From Phoronis australis (Eukaryota > Animalia > Phoronida), in the NCBI GenBank assembly GCA_002633005.1, contig NMRA01000051.1:196478-260477 (forward strand): a DNA stretch of 64,000 bases, in the 5' to 3' direction. The translations under genes and the position numbers were made by a program. The notes under the pieces were generated by a model that was given only the letters and a program-made list of their open reading frames with translations, was not told the origin of the DNA and ran no database searches. Below, piece after piece: positions 1 through 26,700 of the stretch (its first letter is position 1; each line of letters opens with the position of its first letter).

Positions 1-295
1 AAGTAGAAATTTGTTTCTGGCATTCTAATGCTGTGCTAATCTCGTATGTTGGTAAATTTGTTTTTAATTCTATGTTTCTGTGGTGCTTTAAGCAAATGGT
101 GTATAGGATGTGCTTGTATTATGAAGATAACTCACATTTTGCCCCTAGCCTATTGAGGAGACTATGACCATGCCTTTCCATTTTGCAAAGTATGCCCTCT
201 ACTGGCCAATTTATGGTACCAATAAACAACCCTAGAAGGATACCGTATGCGGTGCAATTGTGGGCGCATTTCAACGCTCCGCGTTGCTCTTGTTT
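1..295 (+). mobile_element. 3' end of a Helentron-type non-autonomous element
   Basis: aataaacaaccctagaagg...gcggtgcaattgtgggcgcatttcaacgctccgcgttgctcttgtt matches the terminus at 11393-11466. Confidence 0.6.
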
Positions 296-406
296 TGTTT
301 CTTACAATTTTTCAACAATGTATCCAAGGTTACACAAACATCAAGTCAGTATGCATCTTTTTAGGATAGTTGTGTCAGGTGATGCAAACATGCAGCTTCT
401 GGCGAA

Positions 407-488
407 TAGTGCTTTATATAGTGCTTTATATAGTGCTTTATATAGTGCTTTATATAGTGCTTTATATAGTACTTTATATAGTGCTTTA
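407..488. repeat. 12-bp minisatellite (atagtgctttat) about 7 copies
   Basis: Direct tandem array; produces the spurious SALY and HYIK ORFs. Confidence 0.9.
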
Positions 489-498
489 TGTGATGTAA

Positions 499-12664
<12,166 letters not shown>

Positions 12665-13869
12665 GATGGAGGCCTGTCTTCTACTTCATGTGCTACAAGT
12701 GAAATGGGTGAATCTTCATCTCCTAATAGGACACCGCCAGCTGCCCTCCTTCATGGATGTTTATATTCCTCTCATAGAATGGTACTTTCTCCTCCTCCAG
12801 TGTTCATTTTCTCTGTTTACAGAATCAGTCTCCGTCACTGAAGTCCATCCAAATAAATTACATTGTAGCAGTCTTTCACCTGTGTCCCCTTTCAATAGAT
12901 GGAGCCACATTCATCCTAAACACTGACTGCTTGCCTTAACACTCTGGTCATGCAGAGTTTTAGTCGTGGAAGTTCAAATAGAAGTGACGGGCTGACTTCA
13001 ATCTTCCCATTGTTTTATTGGGACTCATGGCAAGGAGTTGTTGTGTCATTGTTCAGATGTGTGAACACAGTTTGTTCTTCTCATGAAGTCTAGATAAAAC
13101 AAGCTCCATTTTTTCTCTAGTCAGACACATTTAATCACCCGAGGTCCCTTAGATACGTAACTGGACTTATTCAAGATTTCTGCATGATAACTTGAAATGA
13201 TTTAATGGAATCTCATTTTCCAACTTTTGTAAATAATATGCCAATCTTGTTCTTGCTATTGAAGGTAAATTGATCAGGACTTGCAAATTGTACTTGCATG
13301 CCTAAGAAGTGTGTGATATTCACGTGCTAGTTTCACGGGACTTTTAATATGTCTTCTTGATATTGTGTTGATTGAAGGTTGAATTTCAAGCCACATTGTT
13401 GAATAGGATCACAAACATCCATTGCTCTGGGTAGGCTCTTGTACCTGTGTTTTGGCTAATGATCAAATTAAAGCCAGTAAGCTTCTACACTTTGTATGTG
13501 TGCCTGTGTAGCTCTTGTAAAATGCAGATGTTTGTTATATATTCTACATCACCCTCCTCTGATTGGTTCAAGTTCCTGTTGCCTGGTGAACGACTGTGAA
13601 GATGAGAATGTATTTCAGAGTCCATTTTGATTCTTTTTTTCAAGACATCGTAACTGACTGAATGACCGACGGTCTCTATTCTATGTCTCTGGGAAGGTTT
13701 GCAGTTAGCAAACCTAGACTTGGTGAACACATCTTGATGGTTGTTTGTCACGTTCATCTTTAATAACTTACTGTAGGATGTGAAGGTTCTCTCTACTCTG
13801 GAGGCAGAATACTTTGTGTAATTATTGCCGTTATACTCTGTAAAAGAACAATTAGAGTTGGGACATACA

Positions 13870-14420
13870 GGCTTCCTCGCTTCACTTATCGCGTAACCTG
13901 TCTATTTGCATAAGTCTTTCCTTTGGTCTCTATATAGAAGCCCATTCATGCGCTCATGTCGTCTCATGGACAAGTTGTGGCTTTTGTCATGGTCCTAAAC
14001 GCGACAAGTTTAGGGAAGAAGTGTGTACGTTATGGCGAATCATCGCAACCATCTATTGTAAAAGCTTATTTTCCTTGGTGAGCAATTGTATTGTTTTGTA
14101 TTCTGCTGTACAGGTTTGACTGTGATTATTATTATTAATTTATGAGCTCTGCCACTTTTTAGCTCAATGAGCTAAATAAATCTCATTTAGCTTATTGCTT
14201 GGCTTAACAAGGTCGGTCTCAGCTGGATTCATTGATGTACAGACATAGTGTTTTTTTATCACAAGACCATGCCCTGCTTATACTCATTGACCAAGTGCTT
14301 AGATTCATTGGATCATGCTACAGTGCTCAGGATATTAAAACTGATTTTGCCCATTAACAGACAACAACGACTCTCCAATTCAGCTCTCTAAAATCAAATA
14401 AAATGATTCTCTGTTACTCC
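13870..14420 (+). repeat. Interspersed repeat downstream of the kinesin stop; second copy at 60554-61120
   Basis: Colinear match starting ggcttcctcgcttcacttatcgc and including ctctgccacttttttagctcaatgagctaaataaa. Confidence 0.85.
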
Positions 14421-16179
14421 TTTCAACCCTGCTTTTTAAAAATTTCTGACAAAGTCTGCTAACGAGGCAAGTCTGACCCAAACTTTCAGGAGTTACAGGA
14501 CAACTGTAAGGAATGACCACCCACGGAGAACCAAAATATCCATTCTGTGACAGTGAGTACCTGGTTGTAGGGGACTCTGGCTTTTATCCCATGGGCTAGA
14601 GGCCAATGAGGTGACAGAATGAGGAATGGTTGAAATCACCCAAACAAGGTCTAATATTCCTTTAAGCTGTTTGTATTATTTGCAGTGACTTCTAGGTTCC
14701 TAGTCTGTTGAACTCTAGACTTTAGTGTTAATACATAGTTAGCCAACATCGGATTTCTGTTACAAAGACTCTGAAGGGCACTGAAAGATACAGTCGACTA
14801 GTGCAGAGATGTTACACGTAGTTTCTATTTTTAAATATTTATGTAATCGCGTTCAGTGGTTACAGCTGAGTTGGTATATTTTGATGTCTGAACTATTCCA
14901 GTGTTTTCGTTTTCCGAAACAGCGCAAAATTGTTCGTTTGGTTGGAATATTTAACGTGTGAAGTGGTTTCTTCTTTGAATTACAACGAACTTGTGTACGC
15001 TTTGAGTGTACAATTTAATCTAAATAATGTGTAGATATGTAACTATAAATTAATATAAATTGTTTTGAGTTTTCCACTTAACCATTTTATTACGTTTTAT
15101 AATTCACATACAAAACTTGGGCATTGGAACAAAGAAGACATTACTTTTCTAGACAAATAACCACAGCAAGTCAACATAGTAAAAATACCTCAACTATTTA
15201 AAGAGGTATTTCGTTGCTGTTCAGTTTTCAGCGTTGAATTCTTAAAAACATTACCTGGCTCATCCAATCTCGAATTGTTACCCAATAAGCCGGCAACTCG
15301 AATCGTGGCACCATTTTTTGAATTAGTAGTTTTAAGATTAACGAAAATCAATAAAGTCTGAAGCGTTTTTTGAGTCATCGATGCTTTTGTTACTAACCGG
15401 AATAGAACCATTTCGTAATCGGATGTAAAAGGCCTAATTTGACATTCATTTTTAGCCGGCTAAGAAGTGCCAGATGCAGCTTTAATAAACAGAATCCTTA
15501 GTAATGCTATACTTTCATTTGAAATCTATATATTGGTGTTTGTGTATGGATGTGTTTGAAGCGGTTGTAAACTTACGTTTCCATCCAAGCACGAGGAACG
15601 CAAGTATTAAAACAAAATCCAACTAATTGTGGGTTCCTACAGCCTACTGAAGGGCTAGAATGATCAGATAGGACTGACATAGCAGTTGAAATATATTGAA
15701 GTACAACAAACAACGAACAAATCCATACCAAGAAACATTTACCGACAGTTTTTCATTTGTCAACGAATGGGCGCACCCGGGGGGGAGCTCGAACGAGCCC
15801 GCCAATTTGGCGAATCTGGCAAAAAGTTACGCCTCAGTCAAACCAAAAGTCCGAGTAAACGAGACAAAAGTCCACAAGATTCAAGGGAAGTCGGCGCGAC
15901 TGCACAAACCGTGGGCCTGAACTATTGGCCCCCTTTTTTAGTACTCGCTGATTTCTTTCAGTTAAAGGTCCGCATACCGAAAAATCCGAGTCCCCCCTGT
16001 ATTTTAAGCTGGGTGCGCGCATGTAACGGACACCATTTTCATTGTGAAACTACGTGTATAAGCTGTTACGGGGTGGGGCTACTCCTGGGTGTACCGAAAA
16101 TACGCCCATGGGGTTACTTTTGAAAAAAATCCCGAAAATATGCACATGGGCGTACTTATGGGAAATTCCCGGTACCGTA

Positions 16180-16287
16180 ACTAACTTTGTAAGTTAACAT
16201 CGAAGTTACATGATACAGTGCTAACTTTGTAAGTTAACATCTAAGGTACATGATACTATACAATACAATACAATACAATACAATACA
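16180..16287. repeat. Two ~40-bp tandem copies plus (caata)n microsatellite
   Basis: ctaactttgtaagttaacatc...acatgatac twice, then caata repeats. Confidence 0.8.
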
Positions 16288-17274
16288 GAAATTATTGAAT
16301 TTAGCCATGAACATTTGTGCCAAAAATTATCAACCAAAATTGGCATAATTAAACCATTGAAAAAGTCAATATTTTTTCATATTTTTCGTAGTAGGATAAA
16401 GCACTGTTTTGCTGCGTTTCCAACTTTCGCATTGTAACCCTTAGTCACGATTTGTGCCGGAAAATGCTTTCTATTCAGGGAATTAATCTGGAAAACGTAA
16501 CTCGTCTGAGTTACACTATCTCCATGAGAATACATCCGCGTTAGATGCAAACAATGAAACCCAACAGCGTAAGAACAGTGAACATTCGACGACCATGAAG
16601 GCACTACTGAGTCTATTATTTCCAGTAGAGCTTATTTTGATGGTAGATACATCTACAACAAATCGCGGCGATCTCAACCTTTGCCCGCTATCATGTATAC
16701 TTCCAGTAATTCCGTTTATCCCTGTTGCTGCCTGTGTCGCTGTCTTTGCCGCCACCTTTCCTCGCNNNNNNNNNNNNNNNNNNNNNNNNNNNNNNNNNNN
16801 NNNNNNNNNNNNNNNNNNNNNNNNNNNNNNNNNNNNNNNNNNNNNNNNNNNNNNNNNNNNNNNNNNNNNNNNNNNNNNNNNNNNNNNNNNNNNNNNNNNN
16901 NNNNNNNNNNNNNNNNNNNNNNNNNNNNNNNNNNNNNNNNNNNNNNNNNNNNNNNNNNNNNNNNNNNNNNNNNNNNNNNNNNGCCCCTCTCAAAGGGGTG
17001 CTATCTAGAAAGGAGGTTGTCGGAGTTTGCTCCACTCGCCAGCTATTATGTATAAATCCAGCAATTGCGTACCTCGTAGATCCCTGTGTCGCTGTCTTTG
17101 CCGCCATTTGTCATTGCATGTTTCAACGGTAGTGTGACAGTCCGTGACCCAACCACCCGCTATACTGCTCTTCGCAAGCACATCTCATCACCATACACTC
17201 ATAAATCCAATCGGATCTACACACCTTCTGTCAAACTTTTGACAAGACATCACTAAGTAAGAACACACAACCAA

Positions 17275-17342
17275 TCACAGAGCAACACAGAAGGCTTTAG
17301 CCAAAGCACAGACTCGTTGCTCACGATTCACAAGGACATCCT
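17275..17342 (-). CDS. Possible terminal exon of the mosaic gene
   Basis: Pyrimidine tract then ttgtctgcag| phase 1: EDVLVNREQRVCALAKAFCVAL*; no recognisable homology. Confidence 0.2.
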
Positions 17343-17407
17343 CTGCAGACAATGGTGACATAAACCACAAGAAAAGTGATGAGAGAAAGTGCAAAATTAG
17401 TATACAG

Positions 17408-17580
17408 TCAAAACGTTGACCACAATTGCCGCCAAATACTCGTACAGTTGGTCGTCCTGTTATGGGCGAGAAGCTCATGTCCAGCAACACATGTGAAACT
17501 TACAATCGTGTGCACATTGACAGTGAGATCATCAGTGTTTCTACTCTTGAACACCGGTGTTAGAACTGTGTTTGTAATAA
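17408..17580 (-). pseudogene. Degenerate sushi exon copy
   Basis: ITNTVLTPVFKSRNTDDLTVNVHTIVSFTCVAGHELLAHNRTT...*; first Cys lost, homologous acceptor missing, ends in a stop. Confidence 0.65.
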
Positions 17581-17612
17581 CAATAACTAACAAGCACCTA
17601 CAAATTAAATAC

Positions 17613-17798
17613 CTGTACAATCATGAACATCGGTCGACCATGTTTTTCGTCTGGTGCAAGTAGACATTACCATAGTGTTGTGATCGGGCTGCTCGTAACC
17701 AGCATCGCATGTGAACATTACAGTCGTGTTCACGTTGACCGTGTGGTTCCCAGTGGTTCGTTTGCTGAAGTCTGGTGTCGGAACTGTACATGTTATGA
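17613..17798 (-). CDS. CCP/sushi domain exon (intact)
   Basis: 186 nt, phase 1-1: ITCTVPTPDFSKRTTGNHTVNVNTTVMFTCDAGYEQPDHNTMVMSTCTRRKTWSTDVHDCT. Confidence 0.85.
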
Positions 17799-20700
17799 CT
17801 GGAAAACAAGCGATGTATGACTGCATGGGTAAAAGGTATATCGATGCAGTTTGCAGACTTATCAGGGTGTGTAAGAAGTTCGTAAACGTGTCCAAAACCG
17901 TTGGAGGCGTGCATCAGGGATTTTGGTGTAAGTATGCAAACCATAGACATCTCATAGACCAGACGCACGCCAGTCAGATACATGTAACTCGCGTTGTCAA
18001 TAGGACGCCATATTGGAGAGTGTTACACACGGGAAAAAATAGCTGAAACACTGGGAGCCGTACAGCATTAGTCAGTAAATGTGGGGGCTCGCAGTGTGCC
18101 TGCATCCAAAGAGTTAAGTTTTTTGTTCCTGCCATTGAGTCATGGGCTGTTTAGTTCGGTCATGGAGTTAAATGGTGCTACCACTAGGTTTTTATGTTCA
18201 GCCACTACAGTTTATGTGGAGCGGCTATGCGTTGTTTCCTCATCAATCTTGGTGATTGAGACCATATAAGATCAATTAAAATGATAATTACTGACCAGAA
18301 GATGTTTTTCACCAATGACGATGCCATTTGTTAATTTTACTTAAGTAAATACCTGGTGTTAGTGACAATCGTATGTATTTTTACTTGTACTGAAAAACAT
18401 CTCCGAACCTACTCGCCAGCCATCCAAATCAGTACATCTAAGTGAATAACTTATTCTCTATTGAAATACATACTGCTTCAAAAACTCATTTATTAATATG
18501 TATTCCAAAATCAGATATCTTCTGTTGCGTCAAAATAAACATATTCCTGCAAAATCTGTACTTATGTCGAAGTTTTATTGTAGATTTGCACTGCTTGCTT
18601 ACAAGCTCTTTGTTTTGTGACTCAAAACATGCACATAAAAGGTAAAGTGCATAGTAATCAAAATATCAAACCTGTACGACTGAATCACGCATCCGACATA
18701 TACTCAAAATACAGAATTTCCCACTCGAAACCAAGTGGAAATATAGGCCTACTCAGCCTAGTCGGTGTAGCATTAAACAATGACCCCGTGAAAAATGACC
18801 CCGGCCCGGCAACTCAGTATTTTCACAGGGTCTAAATTTATTGTGAAGAGTTAAAAACCTGTCAATTATTTTTAGGACTCCAGTGAGGTCATTTTTACTG
18901 TAGTTCACATTAAATTTAGACCCAATTAAAAGCGACGTGGGTCACATTTTAGTTTTACAAAGTTACCCGAGGTCATTTTNGACGATGCCATTTGTTAATT
19001 TTACTTAAGTAAATACCTGGTGTTAGTGACAATCGTATGTATTTTTACTTGTACTGAAAAACATCTCCGAACCTACTCGCCAGCCATCCAAATCAGTACA
19101 TCTAAGTGAATAACTTATTCTCTATTGAAATACATACTGCTTCAAAAACTCATTTATTAATATGTATTCCAAAATCAGATATCTTCTGTTGCGTCAAAAT
19201 AAACATATTCCTGCAAAATCTGTACTTATGTCGAAGTTTTATTGTAGATTTGCACTGCTTGCTTACAAGCTCTTTGTTTTGTGACTCAAAACATGCACAT
19301 AAAAGGTAAAGTGCATAGTAATCAAAATATCAAACCTGTACGACTGAATCACGCATCCGACATATACTCAAAATACAGAATTTCCCACTCAAAACCAAGT
19401 GGAAATATAGGCCTACTCAGCCTAGTCGGTGTAGCATTAAATAATGACCCCGTGAAAAATGACCCCGGCCCGGCAACTCAGTATTTTCACAGGGTCTAAA
19501 TTTATTGTGAAGAGTTTTCATCCCATGAAAAATGACCTCAAGTCCGTGAAAACCTGTCCCGTCATTATTCAATTGGTTCCCCTGCAACAGGGGATTGGGA
19601 TATGCAGACATGATACCACCAATTGGCGATCTTTCAGCAATGTTCTATACGTGACCTGAGTAGCGCGCGGCAACAAAATTTTGCTTTTATCAATATATGC
19701 CGCAATTAGGGAGTGAAAGTACTGAAAGGCGTGCAGACCACGAATATGACGTGGGTGAGCTGGGCTGAAGCGAAAACAATCACTATTTTTTGACCAGTCG
19801 CTCAGTTACCCAAATTGGCAACCGACCATTTTACACTGCTCGTGCCAGGATAATATCCGACAAGCGTGAAGATTAATCCAAAATACTTGGCCACATGTTG
19901 AGAATATTCCGATCGCAGCCAAGTTTTCTTATTATCAAAGTCAAATTTGAAACCGTGAAAAGGCAAAGCATGCGTGAGAGAAGAATTTATTTTGAATTTC
20001 TCGGCTGAGGGACACGCAGCACGTTTATCAGATTCAGTAAGGGGGGGGGGGGGAGGAGTGGATAGGAATGGAAAGAATGTGTGGGAGCGGAGCTGATCTC
20101 TTTATGAGCACATAATTACACGGTGTGGGGTACTACGAAACTCCATCAAATGCCTGGTGCTTGATCGTGGGGGACTTCAGAACAGTGAGATCAGAGAGGA
20201 ATACCATGCGTGTGGCGCGTGTGAGAGGAATATTTGTTGGCAATCCCGAGGAAAGGAACTGAGTCTGTGTTTTTTGCTTTTAACATGACGACGTTCTCCC
20301 ATTGAGTCTAACTTGTTAAGTTGATGGCACAACAAGTTGGGTGGATGACCCTTAACACTGACGACTGATAAAGTCCAGTCTGGCAAATTAGGGTTGGAAT
20401 GCCAGCTCTCTTTTGTTCGATAATTGCTCTAATCTCCGATAAGATCGTATCTTATAGCCTCACTTGCCTGTGTTGTTAAAAATAAGTTAAGTTATAAGAT
20501 GTTTGAACATAAGCCAGAGCATTTCTGAAATCCTCATCAAATACTGATCATGCTTATAGTTTTTGAATCACAAAAATCGTCCAAATACAATTGAAGTTAA
20601 AGCAATCTATTCTGCCCGAACGTACCAACATACTGGGTTTGACTGTGTTCACATGTGATCGGTGATAAGCCTGGTTGATAATTGATCTGCATGTTGTCAT

Positions 20701-23700
20701 ACCAGACAAAAGACTGTGCACGACAGTTAGCAAAAGAGCTAGATGTTAAGACACTTACAACTGCTGTACGTCCAGTGCTGTAGTAGTAAAATTAGAGGAA
20801 AGTAGGCGCCCAAAGCCCACTGTATTACCTTGAGCACTGAACGTAACTTACGGTGCGTAGGCGCTACGTTCAAATGCCAAAAGGTGATTGGCTATAGGCC
20901 TACGTGCGCCTACGCCCCACTACAGCAGTAGTCACTGAACAGGAGAACGCACTAATGAACTTTAAAAACCTGTCAATTATTTTTAGGACTCCAGTGAGGT
21001 CATTTTTACTGTAGTTCACATTAAATTTAGACCCAATTAAAAGCGACGTGGGTCACATTTTAGTTTTACAAAGTTACCCGAGGTCATTTTTCAATACTGA
21101 AAAGGCTTAGTGGGGCACCACGAAAGTACGTCCCGGGTGAGCGGCACTTGTCTTGGATATAATGTATTTGCATCGAACGACACAAATTAAATCAATAACT
21201 TTGCACGATCCTTCTGATTTCTCTTGAAAAAACGAAAGAATGAAAAGCTTGTAATGGATTGACAAGCGTACAACCACTCAGGTCACTCGGGAATCTGCCA
21301 CTGGTTGCGATCTTCTATTATTTTGATATTTTCCCATCGACTGATTGACTCTTAAAACGCATGTAAGTGTTGTATCACATGTTTTTTATGTTTCTGGAAA
21401 AAATCACACACTTCCGCCTCTTTATGAGTTAGATATCGCGCTTTGAAAAGGGCAATTTACCCTGTGCGCTTACAGGGCGATTATTAACCGCGTCACGTGA
21501 TTAGAAACACTCTTCAATATGGCGTCAAGTTGTCAGCAGCACTAGCGCGTGCACCCGGTCTATAGTGTAAAGATGTCTATGATGCAAACGTTCTGGTCAC
21601 ACCTGACCACCTCCGTGACCAAGAATATTTTCCGCAATGTCACAAACGTAAAATCACCCGTCAAGAAAATGTGTAAACACGACAATTCGGTACGTAGAGC
21701 AAAATAGGCTGCGATTTAAAGTATTGGAGTCCCATTGATTGCATTAGAGCCTGTTTTGAATGAGTAGCAAACACGGTGGCGCCGCACGCTGCACTTGTTG
21801 AGGCATATGGCGGGATCCTCACGGTCGTGTTGACGCTGACTGTAATGTTTTCGGTGTTCCTTGGGCTGAATTCTGATGTGGGAACTGTACACGTCATGAC
21901 TGGAAAATGGTCAACTTCCTGAGCATGATTTGAGGAAGTGATATTGCAACATCATTTCTAACAGTTGTTTGTCTACGTTACAAAATTGACCTCGAACTAA
22001 AAGCTATTTAAAACTGTAAAACCAAGGTTCTAGTATTCGACTGCATTTGATTGCAAGCAGCTGAATGATTAGTTTTCACCAAATAAACGTTTAATGTAAA
22101 TAACAATGATCTGAATTAGTGATAAAAAGACCTGTAGTTGCTGTTTAAAAAGTAAAAATTCTTTGATATATTAAAAAAAACTAGAATTGCTGTTTTTCGC
22201 AAAACGAGACCAAACTGTATTTTGAGAAAGGAGCAAAGTTAAGATGTCATAAAGACGTAGAGCTTTTAAGTATGTTTAGGTGATCGTCTTAACACTAAAG
22301 GATACCAATTCCAGACCCGTGCAACTGGACTAAGTCCGTAAAATGGAGAATAACAATTACTAATGTATTTCGCGAAAGGGGCAAATTTAAACCACAGATG
22401 CAAATCGTCGATGATAATCGGATCTTATAACCAACACTTTCTTTTTGGCCAGTGCAACAGGCCCAAGCTTGTAAAATGACGATTGAATTGTNCAAAACTA
22501 AAGACCCGGACCATCCCTAGACACGTAAAATGAAAATACAAATGGGCTGTTTGTGCACAATAAATACTCGATACAGGCTTTGGCGATATTCTTCTGCCTT
22601 CAGTTTTCTCCTTTCGCAAAACACATTTATAAAAGGTCTCAAACAGCAGATTAGGAATGGGCTCCGGGTCTTGTCATATTTCTTAGTTACATGACTGCGC
22701 TCTGAACATATTTTCACTGTCGGAATCGTTCTTCCCTCTGCACTTTGCTTCTTTCGAAAATACCCTTTAACTGAAAGATGTTACGTCTCGCTACGTTTCC
22801 GGAATACAGCAACTTACTGACCTTCGTTTGAGGAAGTGATATTGTAACATCTTTTCTAACATTTGTTGGTCTACGTTACAAAATTGACCTCGAACTAAAA
22901 GCTATTTAAAACTGTAAAACCAAGGTTCTAGTATTCGACTGCATTTGATTGCAAGCAGCTGAATGATTATTTTTCACCAAATAAACGTTTAATTTAAATA
23001 ACAATGATCTGAATTAGTGACCTCCACATAAAAGCTATTAAAACATTAAATAAAAGAATTTAGTATTCGACTGCATTTGATTGCAACGAACATAAATGTT
23101 AATTTACGCCAGATAAACGTTTAACATCAATGGCATTAACATGAATTTGTGATAAAAAGACCTAAAAACGTTGAGTAATAAATAAAAAATCCCTAGATAT
23201 ATTAAAAATAGGTAGAATTGCTGTTTTTCGAGAAGCGATACCAAATTGTATTTTTAGAAAGGAGCAAAGTTAAGATGGCAGAAAGACGTCGACCTTGAAA
23301 CTATGTTTAAGAGGTTGTGTTATTACTAAAAAGATACCAATTCCAGACCAATGCAACAGGGCTAAGCCCGTACAATGGAGAATAAAAATCACTAGATTAC
23401 ACGTAGAAAACGTATTTCGCGAAAGGGGCAAATTTAAAACCACAGAAGCAAACCGTCGGTGATAATCGGATCAGGCGCTGTCGTATAACTAACACATTCT
23501 TGCTGGCCCGTGCAATAGGCTCAAGCCTGTAAAATGTCGATTGAATTCTTGTACAGGGGGCGCATCAAAAGCAAACTTGGAATGAAGACCCATTCTGAAT
23601 CCTGTCATAAACCTATGACCCGGATAGTCCCTAGACACGTAAAATGAGAATACAAATAAACTTTTTGTGTCACATCAAAAAACAATACTGGATTGTGGCT

Positions 23701-26700
23701 TTGGCCTAATTGAAGGGTCTCAAACAGCGGATTAGGAATGGCGCACGGGTCTTCTCATCATTCTTAGTTACGCGACTGCGCTCTGATCATATTTTCATTG
23801 TCGGAATCCTCCTTCCGTCTGTACTTTTTTTTTTTTTAATACGTTTATTTACCCAGAAAGCATATCATTAATGAATAGTAAATACGGCTGGGGTTGTGTA
23901 GCCCCAACTACGTATCTTTACAACTTACTAGAGTATAATACATCATCTTAATTAAACAAATAAGTATCTGGAAATTACTCCTAATGATTGGGCGAATAAT
24001 TAGCCGAGAAAAATATGAAAGGGGGGGAAACGGGAAGGGGAAGGACTTTCATGCACTCATTCACACTCACATTCACACGATTTAATTAACTTAACTTATG
24101 TTTACATTTACGTAGGTGCATATTTATGAAAAGGTCAATTTTCTTATAATACAACCGAAGTGGTTAAAAAAATAACACCATATATTGTTTGAAAAATTTT
24201 AAAGAGATGCCTGCAAAACCCTCCACTGTTCTGAAGTTTTATCCGAGGCATTAAATACAATGAGGTTCACTGCGTCAAAAAGTATACATCTAAACTTATT
24301 AAAACAAGGTTGAGACCTATCTCTCGATGATGTATAAATATAATGTTGGGCATGAGTGTATATGGTATTGAAGATTACACTTAGATTGCCAAAGAAGCAA
24401 ACTAAGAAGTGGTACATAGATGGCTCAGTGTGTAAATTAGAAACTTTACTTATGAAATGATGTAAAGAATTCCAGAAACGTTTAACACAGACGCAGCTGT
24501 AAAACATATGCTGAAAAGTCTGGACTTTGCTTCTTTCGAAAATACCTTTTTAATGGAAGACGTATCGTTTCGTTACGTTTCCGGAATGCAGCAATCTGTG
24601 TAAAGCATCTGACAGCAAAAAATAAAATGAAATAAAATAAAATAAAATGAAATAAAATAAAATTGGTCAAAGAATATGCACGGCACTGTAAGGGTAAAGA
24701 ATAACAGTTGAATTGTTGTGCAGAGGGTCCTTCAAAAGCAAACATGAGATGAAGACCCATTCTTAATCCTGTCATAAAACCTACGACCCGGACAGTCCCT
24801 AGGCACGTAAAATGAGAATACAAATAAACTTTTTGTGGCACATCAAAAAACAATACTGGATTATGGCTTTGGCCTAATTGAAGGGTCTCAAATAGCAGAT
24901 TAAGAATGGCCCACGGGTCTTCTCATCACTCTTAGTTACAAGACTGCGCTCAGATCATATTTTGATCTCTTCCGTCTGCACTTTGCTTCTTTCGAAAATA
25001 CCCTTTTAATGAAAAACGTATCGTTTCATTACGTTTGCGGAATGTGTCCGACAGCAAAAATAAAATAAAATAAAAAAATATAAGACCTAGAATATGCATG
25101 GCACGGTATGGTTAAAGTTATCTTCTTTCCTGGTTATGTGATATTGTAAACTAAAACAGGGAGACAAAATTGTCATGAGACGTATCTGATGGTATTACTA
25201 CTACTACCTCAGTAAAAGGAACCGACGTCTTCACAAATTCACGAAGGTGAATATTCCCCTAATTTGTCACACCAGAGCCTGGAATGGATGACTAACTACT
25301 GCCTACAATCCATTACTATTGCTGTTTTATCTGTAATGTGTCGAGAAAGTAACTTACCCGAGCAATTTGTTACATTCATCGACCATGATTCATGCTCAAT
25401 GCACACGGAATAAAGCGTAGTGTTGTGATCAGGTAATTCGTAACCAGCGTCACATGTGAAGCGTACAGCCGAGTTCACGTTGACAAAGGTGTTGGTAGTG
25501 TTTGGGATGTTGAATTCAGGTGTAGGCACTGTGCATCCCAAGGCTGAAAAGAGTGTTTTGGTCTTAAAAGGAATCCCGAGGTATATGACTGGATCTTTTT
25601 TATTTACCTTTTACTTCTATACTTTCTGGTGTTCACTCAGTGATTTAGTAGCAATTACCTATTAACTACATAAGGATTCATTTTTTAAGTGCAATGAACT
25701 TTACTGACATATACATGTACAATTAAGTGATGACTTTCATGCAAGTGGCTTACAATTTTTGATAGTCTCCTTGTCATTTTTTTAAAATACATCTAAAACG
25801 TATTTCTTATATGTAAACGCTACCTAACCTGTATGGAGGTATACTTGTTTCTAGAGCGGGGTAAATAACCTATCTATCTATCTATGTAAATGTATCTTTC
25901 TATGTCCGTCTATCTATGTTTCAATCTGCCTGTTTTTTAATTGGATTACAGAGACAAGCCATGTCGATGAGTGGGTAGTTTCCGGTAAAATCGAACGAGT
26001 TGAAAAAGTACTAAAGACTCTATTCATTTGATAAAATTTTAAAATAACTGTGAAAAGAAAGAAATTGATAGTAACGCACTACGTTTTGCTTATAAAACTT
26101 TAAAGTAACGTCAAGTGAAAGTGCAGGTTAACCATCGAATGTCAAAATAGGATGTCTACTGAATCACTGTGAATAAGGCGAACCAAAAATTTGTTTCTAT
26201 ATCTGCAGGTTGACAGAGATCTGGGCTAGTAAATACCTGAAGCAAAAAGAATCTCACGAAAGAAGCTAGTGTAATCACGTACTTCGCTTATAATACTTAG
26301 CGAATCTCGTTTAGTGTTGCAGGCTCCATTTTTTAGGCAAATTTCTAACGTCTACGGCTACCACAACTGGTTGGTCTTCAGTGACATTACTGGTTAGTTC
26401 CTAGCCCGAACACAATATGAGGGTAATTATGTGTTATACATTGGTCGGTCGATTATTTCAACCGAACCGTCTGGTTCCTCGCCTATACACCAGTCTGCAG
26501 TCACAAGTTAAGCCTGCAAGTTATATGTCTGTTAATCGATCATTTGGAAGCTTATGATAACTGTCTGGCTGCTCGCCCAAAAATAGATCTACAGGGTTAT
26601 AAATGGGCGCAGGATTCTTACAACAATATGATTTATATACTTCTAGTTAACGGGGAGGACATTAAAATCAAAAGCGAGGCTCACTGCGATAAACAAAGCT

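Noticed and set aside
16480-17250. ORFs across the N gap, a DSDTGIYE Ig-like motif and faint LINE-like peptides
   Set aside because: ORF length is inflated by Ns, no Cys follows the motif and no consistent splice sites were found. The gap could still hide a terminal exon.
19426-21105. Possible TIR element with aaaaatgacc motifs at both ends
   Set aside because: Inverted termini are weak and no TSD is evident.
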